Positions 61,967-64,000 of a stretch of DNA of 64,000 bases are shown here, piece by piece. The first letter of the stretch is position 1; the number at the start of each line of letters is the position of its first letter. Below the pieces are notes generated by a model. It was not told the DNA's origin and ran no database searches. It worked only from the letters and a program-made list of their open reading frames with translations. The position numbers and the translations under genes are program-made. This DNA is from an uncultured virus (IMG/VR IMGVR_UViG_3300031853_000028). Taxonomy: Duplodnaviria; Heunggongvirae; Uroviricota; Caudoviricetes. The stretch is from IMG/VR virus record IMGVR_UViG_3300031853_000028. The stretch is one strand, 5' to 3'.

Positions 61967-62917
61967 TTATTGTATCTGTTCAAATGGATTAGGAATATTA
62001 GCACCAAAAGGAGCAAATCCATCTGATGAAGTAGCATTAGCATTGTTGCCACCATTTTTACTTGCCTGTATTTCCTGCTCTCTCTTTGCCTTTAAAGCAT
62101 CAATATCTGCATCTTTAAGTCCAACATCATAAATTGTTGTACACTTAGTTGCACCTTTAACTAGATATGACTTGAAAGTTTTAGTTATTGTCTTAACTAT
62201 ATCCTCTCCGAAACCTGCTTTCTCGACAATTTCTTCAACTACAATTTTATTTACTATATCCCCATGAAATTTAGTAAAACCACCCTTGAAATATCCTGCT
62301 TCAAGAAAAGCCTTTGCCATACTCTGTTCTATCTTTAATGTGATAGGGAACATCTTATCTAATTCAAATACTTTGTTGTCAGAAGTTTTCGTTGTCACGA
62401 CATTAAATGATATATTCAATCCATCTGGAACGTCATTGTTATAGACTTCTTCTATCTTATCAATGATACCCTCAAACTCAAACTTGGAATTCATCTTAAC
62501 TGAATCCTTTTTAGAATCTTCAACAACATTGATGAATCTACCTTGCAATTTATTCGAAGTCATTACCTTACCATCATCTGTTGCGAATACGGAAGAATTA
62601 ATATTACCATTTATTTTAAGAATTGGTAACATATATATTGCAGATTCTTTTGGAATATCTGCTTCAATCTTACTTAAATCCTTTAATGGGATTAATTCTG
62701 AATACTTATTGTAGAAGTATGTAATATCTGTACTATCTTTTTTATACTTTTTTGAGAATAACTGAATAGAATGTTCTGATCCATCTTCTGTTTTTACAAC
62801 TAAATCACCTTTAATACATTCATCACCTGCTTTAGTTTTTCCAAACTCTAGGTTGTTTTTGAGTAATCTTCCTGCAATTTCAATTTTGTTACTAAATTCT
62901 CTTGTCATAAGATTCAT
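61967..62917 (-). CDS. Putative ssDNA-binding protein (tandem OB-like)
   Basis: NKIEIAG / KFEFEGII duplicated beta-rich halves; flexible tail ending PNPF; heads the replication operon. Confidence 0.55.
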   Translation of the reverse strand: MNLMTREFSNKIEIAGRLLKNNLEFGKTKAGDECIKGDLVVKTEDGSEHSIQLFSKKYKKDSTDITYFYNKYSELIPLKDLSKIEADIPKESAIYMLPILKINGNINSSVFATDDGKVMTSNKLQGRFINVVEDSKKDSVKMNSKFEFEGIIDKIEEVYNNDVPDGLNISFNVVTTKTSDNKVFELDKMFPITLKIEQSMAKAFLEAGYFKGGFTKFHGDIVNKIVVEEIVEKAGFGEDIVKTITKTFKSYLVKGATKCTTIYDVGLKDADIDALKAKREQEIQASKNGGNNANATSSDGFAPFGANIPNPFEQIQ

Positions 62918-62959
62918 CCTTTCTAATTTGAAATTTATTATTAAATTACTTATGTATTT

Positions 62960-62988
62960 ATTGTATCATTATATTAATCATATGTCAA
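62960..62988 (-). promoter_or_regulatory. SigA promoter of the replication operon
   Basis: TTGACA-17-TACAAT with extended TG. Confidence 0.75.
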
Positions 62989-63013
62989 CACCATATATTA
63001 TTTTTTATGATTT

Positions 63014-63786
63014 TTATAATTCTACAGTTTTAACACTTATCATATATGTTTTCTGTAATGCTTCATTGCGAAAAGCACAAACATCATCTACCATCATACC
63101 TTTAACTAAGGTATATCCCTTTAGTTCTAAAGTATCTCTGATAATTCTCATAATTTCTTTTTCATCTGATTTAGCATCTTTCTTATTCTGTTCTTCTGTA
63201 TCAAGCATTTCTTTTAATCTTTCCTCGAAACCTTTATCTTCATATTTTTTCTTATATTTTTTTATCGCAAGTTCTTCTTTCTCTTTTCTATTCACATTCA
63301 CACCTCTAATCTTCGCTTTCTTCAAACACTGATTTTATTCTTCGGAGTAATAACTCTTTATTATAAATACGCTCTTCTATTTCTCTGAAATAAGTCATAT
63401 TATCTATTACCTTATCATGAATCTTTTCAGCATCTAATTGAAGCACACCAATGAGATAATACAATTCATCTAATTTGGATGAGATTATTTCATTTTCCTT
63501 AAATGAAGTTACATTATATAGCCATAGTTCAGATATTTCTTTGGCAAAAGTATTTTCTATATCGTTTTTAGAAATAGAGATTATTGACATTTATTCACAC
63601 CTTCTTCTTATCATTTAATTTATACAACTTATATTTTGCATATTTGTTATTTATTGTTTTTTTCTTTATTTGATTACATTTATTTTCTGTATAAACATCT
63701 AAAAAGATAAACATAATTAAAAATATAAATTCAATTATAATTAATTCAATTATGTACATGTTAACTCTCCTTATGTGAATGAACAA
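63014..63786 (-). CDS. Three small hypothetical genes (63014-63325, 63306-63590, 63595-63786)
   Basis: Packed ORFs; the last has a TM segment. Confidence 0.55.
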
Positions 63787-63898
63787 ATACTAATATAGCA
63801 ATAATTATAATTATAAATAAACTAATTAATACTATATCAGGACTTCCATTATTAGACACACCATCAATTTCTTTATACCACAATTCAGTTAATAACAT
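63761..63898 (-). CDS. 45-aa membrane peptide missed by the ORF track
   Basis: SD AAAGGAG; MLLTELWYKEIDG...IVLISLFIIIIIAILVFV..KES*. Confidence 0.55.
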   Translation of the reverse strand: MLLTELWYKEIDGVSNNGSPDIVLISLFIIIIIAILVFVHSHKES

Positions 63899-64000
63899 AG
63901 CAATATCTCCTTTGTATTATTTTATATTTTTCCAAGCATCCCAATTAAGTGTTGTATCATAACCAAGTTCTTCTTTTGCTTGCTGGGCTAAATCTTCCCA

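Noticed and set aside
244..63332. Many short antisense or overlapping ORFs in the track (e.g. 453-743, 19542-19976, 42375-42746, 51537-52040, 62853-63332)
   Set aside because: They lie opposite well-supported genes, lack SD sites and have shadow-frame composition
1..64000. Stop-codon reassignment
   Set aside because: Very long genes are intact under the standard code, and TAA, TAG and TGA all end genes

Overview
AT-rich 64 kb segment of a large temperate tailed phage with SPbeta-like gene order, most likely infecting an anaerobic Firmicute (strong SD sites, TTGACA-17-TATAAT promoters, class III RNR). The + strand arm (1-37.2 kb) holds late genes: virion-type carbohydrate-active proteins (two paralogous GH5 domains, three SGNH domains), a degenerate tyrosine recombinase, a 3033-aa tape measure protein, two Dit-like genes around a 3086-aa tail protein, holin, amidase and a DNA methyltransferase. 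The - strand arm (37.3-64 kb) holds early/middle genes: small ORFs, an MT-A70 MTase, a redoxin/NrdD(intein)/NrdG/FTR-like cluster, thyX, guanylate kinase, an intact int-attP-xis module and a replication cluster (SSB-like, AAA, loader, DnaB, primase, RecJ, polymerase, RecD2). Most notable: a family-B polymerase in the usual DnaE slot with a C-terminal tail resembling phage DnaE; a virion GH5 + esterase set; an attP carrying the 3' end of a host GGGtGRT-family gene; an apparently complete ferredoxin-disulfide-reductase-to-NrdD chain; a tRNA-like mini-element without an anticodon arm; and two ORF-less promoter-terminator units. All family calls come from motif recognition by eye; no database searches were run.
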